Assembly: GCA_022710725.1 (NCBI GenBank)
Contig: JAKLGK010000001.1
Coordinates: 113,010 to 177,009, forward strand
Source of the DNA: Verrucomicrobiota bacterium
GTDB taxonomy: Bacteria > Verrucomicrobiota > Kiritimatiellia > CAIQIC01 > JAGNIJ01
Reading direction: 5' to 3'
Length of the DNA stretch: 64,000 nt
A model generated the notes under the pieces. That model had not been told where the DNA came from. It worked only from the letters and a program-made list of their open reading frames with translations, and ran no database searches. Below are positions 59,101 through 63,285 of the stretch, piece by piece (the first letter of the stretch is position 1; every line of letters begins with the position of its first letter). Both the position numbers and the translations under genes were made by a program.

Positions 59101-59880
59101 CAGCTCGCGCGCGGAGGAGGTCGTCGCGCTGGCCGTGCGGAACGTCTTCCAAGCCACCGTGTAGCCCTGGTCGCCGCCCGCCCACATGCCCAGTTCGGTG
59201 CTCCCCCCCGTGTCGAACGTGCCGGCGCCGCTATCCCACCGCGTGTCGTACTGGCTCTGCTGCTGGAGATTCGTGACCGCGGAGAGGTTCTCGCAGGTGT
59301 TCATCTTGTACAGCTCAACATACGTTGAGGCGCTGGAATAGGCGGCAAACCGGGGCGAGCTCGAGTTGTACTGCAGTTTGCGCGCAGACGCGGCGCCCAC
59401 ATTTTGAATCAAGAACCGGCTGGACGCAGTGGTGGCGAACGTCCAGTGCCAGATTGTCGCAGAGCTGGCGGAAGCGGATCTGATCATGCCGTTGGCGGCG
59501 GGGGCGCCGATGTAGATGCTGCCAGCCTCATTGTAGATGCCATAGCTGCTCGAAACCGCATCGATTCTCCACACGCGCCCGACGGCCGGGTCCACAATGG
59601 CGCTGGCGGTGATGGTGACCGCCTGGGCGGAGAGGGCTGCCGTGGATACCGTCGCGAGCGCCGAAGACGCCATCGCGTTGGCGGTGCCGCCGCCGACGAA
59701 GACGTAGTAGCCGCCGGAGGTGATGTCGGCCGTGGACGTGATCAGGGTGAACGTCCCCGACCCGGAGTAGGCGGCCTCGGACCGCATCGGCGCGAGGCAC
59801 CAGGCCGCCGCTGCGATCGCCAGCGCCAACGGCCGCCAGCCGCGCCGGGCGACAGGCTTCGACATCGTTTCATGCTTCAT
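41110..59880 (-). CDS. giant secreted Ser/Thr/Gly/Asn-rich surface protein (6256 aa): signal peptide, PATR (autotransporter-associated beta-strand) repeats, FN3-like arrays, large internal repeats, D-x-D-x-D-R modules
   Basis: It is a single uninterrupted ORF, and I counted all 6256 residues. The N-terminal 'MKHETMSKPVARRGWRPLALAIAAAAWCLAPMRSEAAY' is a signal peptide. Residues ~440-1160 are PATR repeats such as 'GTLILAGNNTFSGNLSITQGVVRV' and 'GMVLFTNNNSYSGGTVIDAGTIRI'. FN3-like modules recur with '...TYYYRVRA / YYYWVRATN'. A GGAGGAG RBS lies 8 nt before the ATG at 59880. Confidence 0.85.
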   Translation of the reverse strand: MKHETMSKPVARRGWRPLALAIAAAAWCLAPMRSEAAYSGSGTFTLITSTADITSGGYYVFVGGGTANAMASSALATVSTAALSAQAVTITASAIVDPAVGRVWRIDAVSSSYGIYNEAGSIYIGAPAANGMIRSASASSATIWHWTFATTASSRFLIQNVGAASARKLQYNSSSPRFAAYSSASTYVELYKMNTCENLSAVTNLQQQSQYDTRWDSGAGTFDTGGSTELGMWAGGDQGYTVAWKTFRTASATTSSARELQVGDEFSITVYSYGCYYGEIGVSLNDGGSTGTPWANRVSGSRLSVRQDGGNYGSGGGIGSWYAIGSGAGESFTNTPAGSSAANYTVKVKITSSSTFNVDLNGKTKYDWTMAGSPATSARIDAYSIFLNDDRRYQWDWGDNRQNSYWKQTATVRDTGAVEFGGGNGTSTINGLITDGLGAACASGTTANRLYKIGTGTITLGCTTNTYTGGSAAENGILQGSADLCFGAAPASLVTNHFEVWSSGTLQFTGSFALNANRGIRLGDVATPKLGVTSGNAVSYGGSMVGTANWQKVESGMLTLTGFNTNSGVAHITAGILAFGADLAAGPVPGGAGEKINVWSTGTLGFTNVFTLHANRTIELGTTAGPRIWVAPDSTATVNGVIQNSAAWTNIGKGTLILAGNNTFSGNLSITQGVVRVTNANGLGGTGGNTYVANSTASALELAGGITTAAEPLFLNGTGIASGGALRNISGNNTFAGAITLQSTGVRINSDSGILTLNSATAISGSGYNLTFGGASNIVVSSAIGTGAGTVTKDGAGLLTLTGYNTFSGALTISAGAVQLGANGTAGAVTAASIVNNSALAFYRTDDTNYLGVISGTGYVTNRGAGMVLFTNNNSYSGGTVIDAGTIRIAHNNGLGTSAGSTTVASGGRLELTNNITSAENLVLSGTGGGLFGALRNVAGNNTVSGTISLNAATSIGVSLDMLTLSGAISGGNTLNKLLTGTLKLTGASSYSGATTVSAGTLIMNGTNTSSAITVNAAGTLTGSGSVGGLTVAGTMYPGATSNAIGRLLVSSLTMNNGSKAVFQIGNCSDTLDRDYVTNSTGTATINATTTIVIDDDVTSNFNNANAYSWVLIGGGISSAANFSLDSSSAWSLGLGGGGFSLAASGGCLVLTFTPAGGPPTLTTAAFSNSLPTSIKSGGNISLQGGSAVTNRGVCWNTGGTPTIADARTTNGTGTGIFYSDITGLTPGQTYYVRAFAQNSEASPTGYGDESNFVADCFQVAPTSAAGSAISSTNFTANWTALGGAASYQLDVATNGTFGGGAPSTLVSENIQSWTAQASYGSYTEIIAAGTVTMTRCIIQPSASADGPCTVGRVQLKAANGILALPALNTVGSAVFHLDAGASRTIKLQKNVNGGGWTDVTTFDPTTTGAVFSNYVNDANSSVELRLSEPSGAVYVHDIIVTSLGGGSSFVPGFSNRSVSAVSQVVTGLTADTAYYYRVRAVGGGSCVSADSTTQTVTTSQVAPAAPTGLAASDGSSTAHVSNSWNDVSSETGFVLWRNTVDTFASSTAIYTNAANTLTYNDTGATAGQLYYYWVTATNPAGSSAESTSDSGYRKMATVSVTGASDGTSTAHVQVDWTDISGETSYAIYRNTADASGGASFVASVAAGSTTYNDTSATAGEQYYYWVRATNNTSSSQSDFQASGSAGYRKLATVGGVTAGDGASTVQVAVAWTDGAGETSYGIWRHTADDSGSATFLGSAAADATGYDDATADFGQLYYYWVRATNNVTSSQSDFSASDSGYRKLMIVSNVVASDDLYSDRVALQWGDLAGETSYGIWRHTSDASGSASFLASVTAGTTNYDDTSATAGQQYYYWVRATNNTSASRGDFQASGEPGRRASQAAPTVINPTYASVTANGATLGAEISTNGGVALGSRGTVWDTSATPTANEASEGGTATGVFSHARSGLPAGTLIYFRGWASNTQGKAYSADGSFWTVPDAPVLSAASDLAVASFSANWSAATGATNYLLDASASSTFAGFVNGYSARVIGDVTTFSVTGLTAATTYYWRLRAQDSGGISVYSTTNTALTLCAAPIATAATNWTTANFWANWNAVSGATGYRLDVATSSDFSSGGGTTTTVFRETMGTVGGTTTIASHESANGFDNDGYTMSDGGAASPADLRATSSSSGYTDPAGNAASDAANVYHTSTSGDYGFSIAGIDSTGYAYLQLNFGYRKEAAGNNATFNLEWSTNSGTAWNAVTVSNMPAEGDGAGWYMVTNLGLAAEAISANLSLRWVKTGGTAMRVDDVLLRGISAGDSYVPGYSNRSVSATTELVTNLAAGATYYYRVRAENASGASSNSNVITAYTLSAEPAGHAGSFAAAAASASTINLSWTAASAPVDGYLILRRQGADPTGTPTDGTNYALATVFGDATLVNIVTGGAETGTTVSNLTASTQYNFSIVPFNADGGQWQTYNYLTAATIPTANATTFAAEPSANPTAVAFTLITATSFQIGWSGGDGANSIVVVKQGSAVDSNPADGMGYTNNAAFGSGTQLGTGNYVVYIGSGTSVVMSALTAGVTYHVAIYEFNGDDGLQNYRTSDPRTGSQAPLDTPAVTTFAISNNIPGSAVSGGNVTDEKGATVTRRGVCWSTSNPPTIADPCTTNGSGLGEFSATMANLTPGQTYYVRAYATNTIGAGYGYVVTNVASCFTNGPIGLYANPTNFADFTANWSALAGATGYQLDVYQGSTVAALLIDEAFDGGTTPPGGWTFTAIGGTYSSDGNYGRGSPSLQMDATGDAVETPTLGGSPTGVTIWVKGNGTDASSSLLVEGYAGSWSTVSTIMPLPTTGENTNMPLSGSVTKLRFTYTKSAGNLAFDDVIVGGTSNAIAYATGYSNVAVSATSNAVTGLTEGGVYYYRVRGTNTLCTSVNSATGTVTLKSHPGIGVGAALAVYGVVGSTPTSHTFAVTNIGGGALSYVLSTNAAWLTVRPLTGSSLANGASKVHTNFFVATGLSAGTYYGTNTVTNTGAGNDAATNSPQVVQAVLVLTNIPDPSVATATADGKTLMDLAWTKNATYDVMIVHRPGAASTAPTQGTTYNIGDSCGSGTVIYKGSGSSLEHMVASGTEHHYAFYSVNNNHYSAGLTDSETTEQFAAQEIVDTFSYTNGTTLANCAGSNDWSGAWSGNTGWVTNHAGSFSGQTNYPTPTGNKIVMVPSNNAGLYVSRSFAARTSGKVYAAFIMNFTWDGAQKWAGASLMHGATEKIFFGECWGASATLGVHNAVSTKKLDYGSGNDYVIIMRYDFSTDDAHASAYKIGADSVPDSEPGSWDAEYLNVGGVTQIDGISLRAGASEGYGTPGVVYFDEVRVATNWSELLAVVPSKPEDPVSASATADGNEMVRLGWEKNGAGNGVMILYKTSAISTDPTDGTTYSLNDTIDGATVIYKGTGDTLEHVVADGSSAYYQFYSYNAVNYYSTGLTANVTMGSYQSYEIVNPFSYTNATAPGTATKGGKGFGDNYWAVSGSWGIRTNSPTAEAAAIPRFVNIEGYTDMAGNLMRITGLGNGSSGYAERSLGAAINSGQIYVAFMMAYQYYGSNKWAGLSFYNGATEKAFFGKASGANWYTLGVAGDGGTAWSGYDLRPYGGGAEAHTGSVYLVLGKYDFSTKNLQANAYNLPTATEFPSSEPTSWDVTRTLGTGIDSVDRIRLNVGALNPDCGSIGDVYFDEIRLATNWSQLVGVTCPTWIGSNNVPVAVTNLGNSLTFECQTYPIGSGQSADLQIRWTDQTTSTYSMAWSSNHNNNSWWSYSAQMTKTGVHDFVYLAYGGSCSVISTNPSGSLTVNALVNPNPVSATRDSVNTNSQINLAWTKNTVGHDVMIVRNTSGSFTAPTPGTAYYAGETLGSDTVVYRGNASSFDDTGLASSQTYYYRFYSENYSYYSTGTVDSASTLGGSQAIVVDGNPADWQGTAGSTYNASTVSRNEFIWKDKCGEERKDVANTTNADIREVRIYADTTNVYFLVKYGDVTSDQHPYINIGLDTRRSSASGAMNWIGDDSGTFYGGNYFAGGQAAVHYAQRNITVHRADGAMQVEVYADDGGTWYGPPAGSAAAASAANNAMEFWINRSDLLVSSPVTARFTVASFLNNDLWNNSGDGTVQILAGTPDAADAASIAPEQVNDGDLSQSAWQEDISDNSIDFWFDVVFDANGVVANSIPSTPAVGFPTNNYAATANPTLWWNASTDSDGQVTGYFLEVGTNETLNGESGTTENGSIFLRVNLPATQTNYTLSTSATQYWWRVRARDTAGALSSGQIQMFRIGGKGDITGPLHTLLYIGTNLTGYLAGDFDAHIDKYGPIQSITDAEIQQAVNAIGFAIKIEDPSGVYATNRQNNSGPAPSNFTWNIVSDDGRVSPNWDVFRLYSDGSSNELGYDAVFYGSNIASSAGNSSPSITAWVHNAFTISGYDETIEYYLTVSSEDGCTENGSWAAYGSWNSYGAPAATYGGYCEDGPNTARNVSTNELIRINVTDDDDDVPTFAYGAQWASSRTLLASNATALLTASGSGQSVIYTGTDGGMTGTPLTLLFNAYDYYSGLQLSAAGSADTNTSLSVGSSSWQTNNIANYSASRSTVGDTTETNTVLAWHWDSLAFSDMTALWAGDGSGSAGETNPVMLTLRDTDHDRTDDASVASNVVFGYLQVTDDDSVAPSHTQFTIDGVGGYGSTNLLPGNIAVVGVNGSPSAKIEKFAFVVLAPFPAGTIVHFTDCGWADNAGTNWHRVTEFHTNLWIATGDADVGQVFELGLQDINSGGDQVTVYQYNGSVNASNDPDRVTFLYAVNMLGTNTAPQADGWYLPIVPTNNLCSALYRGLTNGVTAVSVGGAESVNIIYTGRLTGSSSELLASISDSNNWQVAASATDLNFSNFAFSVTSQGGMEWQTPNLTDAQVSTGQYTVVDVVSDYTSGLLATNNAYASAPHFLLYNADGDMALSNAMSVGFPNGVPVTTQALTRTASTGMWNYINIGTYSAVVYVTDFDFDRLNDNQDGSLAMPVAVTDDDADAPLFTNLTALGTGAGLTENGTMVLYDFDIPVDETTYTFTTNADTVVAHVTAGAVLGGGVDAINQGTGNPGYCAVTSKFYQAYQYLDFTLTVESGYALTVTNLTFMDNRSSTGPTDWYFLYSGDSYATALASGNHADTNWKTNSTALSLSSLEGAVTFRLHATNATGSTGSWRVDNLRLQGSLAPLPGSGLVSDQDLNQGTLSITARVTDATSGVYSNRHPTYGTRFDLVTPAGASLFNQQPFNIGPTNASQTIGEWANLYATNLSVAFANIVLGVHTASVYAADADNDRPDDNLQYTQQIAVTVIDDDTNPPVGGTIFQSMTKDKPFDYPNLHGPMVLYQGTTNASAAGVSTNRRWSLNDRMMQNVGSTNTPYLHINLYDESGYHRSGTEALSNLTLTIEGFITNDVSYLSLASSSASTTNNPAATNVWVFTSFGDMSFVGTTSKVTVSVSDTDKDRPDDASVLTAYQVGYIAWKDNDPSPAILQFPTNQTANTNALTVLLGPSPGAPTSNLWTYSTHPEDASNQVYAVSDGELAGVSGSSQLMLGFHSYDLGDDNVLGLQRDTTATTTSDGRTLTNTHISIGSVVSSNTANYSSGWSSSIGETRIAAQNATSYWAFTTFTSNQVGQFWDAAGHSNAIVLHALDSDNDRPGDQARTNLNAGWLVVYDDDTNAPTAPTALSVSPTDWTNANSFTLSFTDSSDASGILHYRYDTNAPASLTNGTEMPVSRIITGVAEGEITNRLFAVDADHDRAFDGQMSETTNFVTRLDQHAPPQIMGITVDEGEDPTTEVELNWTAAANAGNRPDGATLSPWNSYRIYFSEDGSTVTTSSAYFDGYTGQAALTNMSVSTVTLSNLIFGSDYKFRIVGRDRAGNEGPLSDEVVIVLPGFNVTQGLVKATSGDIRYSEIFWVAATNQSGGVNREYDLLWVDGSSFNDGMSNQWQFLQSGFTNSLSDTGGLNRTAPTLLTSNMRFYRAASKDRWMTNRSPRVASEEVYGLRTVTLYPGQNWVGLPVVPDSNTLKNVLGHYLPGGSAYTDPHSTIVTWYSRLTNETVQKDVYLLDWGSSNEWRTGQGWGGMNQVADHYAFPFDESVAINIPTNETQTYLLMFIGRVPTNNQTQVIQPNGAYNLVNMRLPCTMSPAQMNLLASGFKGGVGSMSADRIRKLNRQQQGVGFDVYYNTTRSRWEYVNNSSAAGFTISPDDGFLIWTRGSTTPWTWTNVPPYSLPTRLMNP

Positions 59881-60077
59881 GGCTTTTCACTCCTCCGGGC
59901 TCGCGAACGCCCGTCGCCCCCTTGGACTAGAACAACGGCTTCCGGTCCATTTCCGGCTGATCAACTCATCGGCTCTTTTCCTGACAGAAATACATTACCG
60001 TCCCCATAAGGAGACAGCTCACGCATAAAGGAGTTCTCCCTGCCGATCCGAGGGAAATCCCTTTTTTACTTACTAGT

Positions 60078-60107
60078 ATTAATACCTAGAATGCCGTTGG
60101 GCGTCAA
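60078..60107 (-). promoter_or_regulatory. near-consensus sigma70 promoter (TTGACG-17 bp-TATTAAT) in an AT-rich island, driving the giant gene
   Basis: The minus strand reads ccaTTGACGcccaacggcattctaggTATTAATactag. The -35 is at 60102-60107 and the -10 at 60078-60084. A local AT-rich stretch lies at 60061-60095 in an otherwise ~70% GC context. The implied 5' UTR is ~190 nt. Confidence 0.5.
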
Positions 60108-60353
60108 TGGATTGTGGACCGGCGCGACGCGGTTTCAGGCCCTGCGGAGACCCGGCGCCGGCGCCGGCGCGAAGAACGGCTCGCAGCGCCATCGCATCGT
60201 CACAATTTGCTATCAATAAGGAGATTCCGTATGTCGAAATTGAACGGGGTGTCTTGGAGGCCGTTCCAGGCCGGCTTGGACGCCGTTGACCCTATTGGGC
60301 CAAAGCACTACAAAGGCAGCGATATGGCGGCCTGCTGCACTCCGGACGGACGC

Positions 60354-62546
60354 CTACTCGATCCAGGCTTTCCCCGCCCGATACGATGCCAGCCGGGCCT
60401 CGATCTGCGCCGCCAGGTCCAGGCCGCCCCCCTCCCGCGCGAGTTCGGCGCCGCGTTTCGCCGCCTGGATCGCCCCGGGGAAGTCGCCGGCGTTCGCGCG
60501 CGCCGCGCCGAGCGTGTCCCACGCCGTGGCGGCCTTCCCGCCGTCCAGCTCGACCGCGCGCGCCGCCCATTCCACCGCCTTCGCGGGCCACTCCTCCATG
60601 CTGGCGTGGTTGACATCGACCGGCTTGGCCGTGGCGAGCAGCCACGCCATGTTGTTGAACGCCACGGCGTCCCGGGGATGCCGCTTCACGTACTCGAGGA
60701 AGTAGCCGTAGGCGTAGCCCCGCGCCCCGTCCAGCCAGATCTGCGCATAGCAGGGGAACAGGTCGCCCCAGGTGCGCCGGGGCTTGCCCGCCGCCTTGGT
60801 CATGCGCTCGGCTGCTTCCGCCGCCTCGTTCGTGCGGCCGGTCTCGTGGCAGACGCGGAGGTATTCCGCCACCGCGAAGGCCGTCGGGTCCTTTTCGAGG
60901 GCGACGGCCTCCTTGAACGCGCCGAACGCGCCGTCGAGGTCGCCCCGCGCCTGCATGCATTGCCCGCGGATGCGCCAGATGAAAATCCGCTCCAGGGGCC
61001 GCTGGTCCCGGACGGCTTCCATCAGGGTCTTGCCGAGCCCCTTCTCGAACCGGGGCCAGGCGTCCTCGGTCAGGTTCGGCCAGCCGCAGCAGTTCCAGAT
61101 CATGCACAGGCGCAGGAAGCAATGGGTGTCGTAGAACGCGCTGCCGGCCTCGTATGCGCGCATCGCCTGCGCCCAGTTCTTCTGGGACAGGTGGCCATCC
61201 CCGCCGAGCATGCAGGCGACCGGGTGGCCCGGGTTGTACGTCCATACCCAGATGCCGAAATGGTCGCGGCTCCGCCAGTGCCGCGACAGGGCCAGCGACA
61301 TCCCGCCCCACACGGCCAGGACCAGCGCGCAGGCGGCGGCGCCCCGCCGCGCGCTCCAGCCGCGCGAACGAATCCAGTCCGCCGCCGCCCACGCCGCGGC
61401 CAGCGTCAGGCCGATCTGCGGCAGGTACATGAACCGCGTAGCCACCCGCTCCGCCCCGGCCCAGATCACGCCGCTCAACGGGAAGAGCAGGCCCGCGAAC
61501 CAGAGCCAGCCCCAGAGCGCGAGGGGGAACCGGTGGCGCAGGCGCCACGCCCCCCAGGTCAGGCCCGCCAGCACGCAGAACGCCCCGGCGAGGAGTTCCC
61601 ACCACGACGGCAGGTCCGGCTGCAGCGGCATCAGCCGCGTCGGCCAGGCCAGCTTGGCCAGGTAGAAAAGGTAGTGGACGGGGATCATCCCCACGCGGTG
61701 CAGCACGGGCACGCTCACCACGGCCTTCCGCGCCACGTGGAACGCGATGGGCAGCGAGGCGAACCCGATCGCCAGGAGCCAGAACGCCCACTTCTCCGCG
61801 ATCAGTCGCCCCGCGTCCTTCCAGAAGCGACTCCAGTCCGTGCGGCCCAGCGGCCAGATGTCCAGCAGCAGGAAGGCCACCGGCATCACGATGACGACCT
61901 GCTTGGCCATGCCCCCGAGGAGCATGCAGAGCCAGGAGAGGAGGATGTACGAGGACGAGGAGGAGGACGAGGAAGAGGAAGAGGAGGAGGATTGGCGGGA
62001 GGCGGTGTAGAACCAGAAACCGAGGAGGATGAAAACCCCGCTCAACACGTCCTTCCGCTCGGTGATCCAGGCCACGCTCTCCACGCGCGTCGGGTGGAAG
62101 GCCCAGAGCAGCGTCGTCGCCAGCGCCAGGCCCACGCGGCCCGTCCAGCGCCGGATCAGCAGGAAGAGCAGGCCGACGTTCAGCGAGAAGAGGATCACGT
62201 TGGTCAGGTGGCAGCTCCACGGCGGCCCGCCGGAGATCTCCATGTCCAGCATGAAGCTCATCCAGAGCAGCGGCGCCCAGTAATTCTCCGGCGCCGTGGT
62301 CCACGCCAGCCGGAGGCCCTTCCAGGAGAAGCCGTCCCCGACCACCGGGCTGGTCTCCACGTAGATCGGGTCGTCCAGGGTGACGAAATCGTAGCCGATG
62401 GTCGGCGCGTACAGCGCAAAGGCGGCCGCCATCGCCAGGAGGCACGCCCCGGCGGCGCGCCCGCGCCCGCTGAAAAGACGACGGGGCTGATCGCGCGTCG
62501 GTTCAGCCAGCTTGCGTTTATCCGCTCTCATGTCTTTCGCCGTCAT
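60354..62546 (-). CDS. TMTC/PMT-like (DUF1736-type, GT-C fold) membrane protein with C-terminal TPR repeats; putative protein O-mannosyl/glycosyl-transferase
   Basis: N-terminal loop motif 'YDFVTLDDPIYVETSPV' (F-x-x-D-D) and 'AFHPTRVESVAWITERKDV' (HP..E.V..I..R.D) are the conserved TMTC/PMT loop signatures. There are more than 9 TM helices and a C-terminal TPR block. A 13-residue poly-Ser run is present. Confidence 0.7.
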   Translation of the reverse strand: MTAKDMRADKRKLAEPTRDQPRRLFSGRGRAAGACLLAMAAAFALYAPTIGYDFVTLDDPIYVETSPVVGDGFSWKGLRLAWTTAPENYWAPLLWMSFMLDMEISGGPPWSCHLTNVILFSLNVGLLFLLIRRWTGRVGLALATTLLWAFHPTRVESVAWITERKDVLSGVFILLGFWFYTASRQSSSSSSSSSSSSSSYILLSWLCMLLGGMAKQVVIVMPVAFLLLDIWPLGRTDWSRFWKDAGRLIAEKWAFWLLAIGFASLPIAFHVARKAVVSVPVLHRVGMIPVHYLFYLAKLAWPTRLMPLQPDLPSWWELLAGAFCVLAGLTWGAWRLRHRFPLALWGWLWFAGLLFPLSGVIWAGAERVATRFMYLPQIGLTLAAAWAAADWIRSRGWSARRGAAACALVLAVWGGMSLALSRHWRSRDHFGIWVWTYNPGHPVACMLGGDGHLSQKNWAQAMRAYEAGSAFYDTHCFLRLCMIWNCCGWPNLTEDAWPRFEKGLGKTLMEAVRDQRPLERIFIWRIRGQCMQARGDLDGAFGAFKEAVALEKDPTAFAVAEYLRVCHETGRTNEAAEAAERMTKAAGKPRRTWGDLFPCYAQIWLDGARGYAYGYFLEYVKRHPRDAVAFNNMAWLLATAKPVDVNHASMEEWPAKAVEWAARAVELDGGKAATAWDTLGAARANAGDFPGAIQAAKRGAELAREGGGLDLAAQIEARLASYRAGKAWIE

Positions 62547-63034
62547 GCCTCTTGCTCGTCCCCGCGCTCCTTCACTCCCTCGTTCTCGTCCTCTTCCTCG
62601 TCCTCGTTCTCGTCCTCGACCTCATACTCCATTCCGGCTTCCATCACCCGATCCGTTACAGAGAAACGATCCACCAATTTTGTGAGCATGGCAACAATCC
62701 GGACCAGCAGCATCTTTCCCTGCTCAACACGTTTTTCGGAACAAGCGTGTTTCGCGACCAACGCGTCGAGGCACGCCGCGCATTCCGTGGCCGAACCCCG
62801 GGCATCATCGAAGAACTTGGCCCGGGTTTTCATCGGCCGCTTGCCATTGCCCTCCGCCGTATTGAAAAGAGAGGAAAGACCGGCCCGGTCCAGGTGATCA
62901 CAGACCTCCGCAATCCTGCGCCCCCGGGCCTCGGCAGACTCGACCAGTTCCACCATCAAATCCGTTGACCATTCGACGAACCGCAGTTCGACCTGGTAGA
63001 CATCAAGGTTCTCGTGGTCCAACTCGTTTTGCAC
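62543..63034 (-). CDS. four-helix-bundle protein (TIGR02436-like, '23S rRNA intervening-sequence protein' family) with acidic C-terminal tail
   Basis: 'LDVYQVELRFVEWSTDLMV...SATECAACLDALVA' are conserved helices, and the tail is 'EYEVEDENEDEEEDENEG'. The GTG start at 63034 is preceded by an AGGAAAGGA RBS. Its stop overlaps the start of the TMTC-like gene. Confidence 0.75.
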   Translation of the reverse strand: MQNELDHENLDVYQVELRFVEWSTDLMVELVESAEARGRRIAEVCDHLDRAGLSSLFNTAEGNGKRPMKTRAKFFDDARGSATECAACLDALVAKHACSEKRVEQGKMLLVRIVAMLTKLVDRFSVTDRVMEAGMEYEVEDENEDEEEDENEGVKERGDEQEA

Positions 63035-63049
63035 GGAGGTTTCCTTTCC

Positions 63050-63285
63050 TCTCGTCCTCGTACTCCTCCTCGTCCATCGTTCCCGATCTCATCCCCTGCT
63101 CTTGTCGAGTACGACGGACGATAACGAGGACGACCGGAAATTCGCGTTTATTCGGCCGCAATCCTCCCCCATCGTTCCCGGTCTCCTCCTCGTCCATCGT
63201 CCTCGATCTCACCCCCCCCCGCTCTTGTCGAGTACGGGGGACGAGAACGAGGACGACGGGAAATAAGCATTCCTTCGGCCGCGAT
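63050..63285. repeat. tandem direct repeat, 2 copies of a ~118-bp unit, each with an internal imperfect inverted repeat
   Basis: The units at ~63050-63167 and ~63168-63285 share TCCTCCTCGTCCATCGT...GATCTCA...CCGCTCTTGTCGAGTAC...GGACGA.AACGAGGACGAC.GGAAAT...TTCGGCCGC.ATC. Within each unit TCGTCCTCG pairs with CGAGGACGA, and GTACTC with GAGTAC. Confidence 0.6.

Noticed and set aside
63003-63212. 69-aa minus-strand ORF 'MRSRTMDEEE...MRSGTMDEEEYEDER' (and the 206-aa plus-strand ORF 62965..63585).
   Set aside because: The internal duplication in the peptide simply mirrors the tandem DNA repeat. No start or RBS context supports it, so it was interpreted as a non-coding repeat or a gene remnant.
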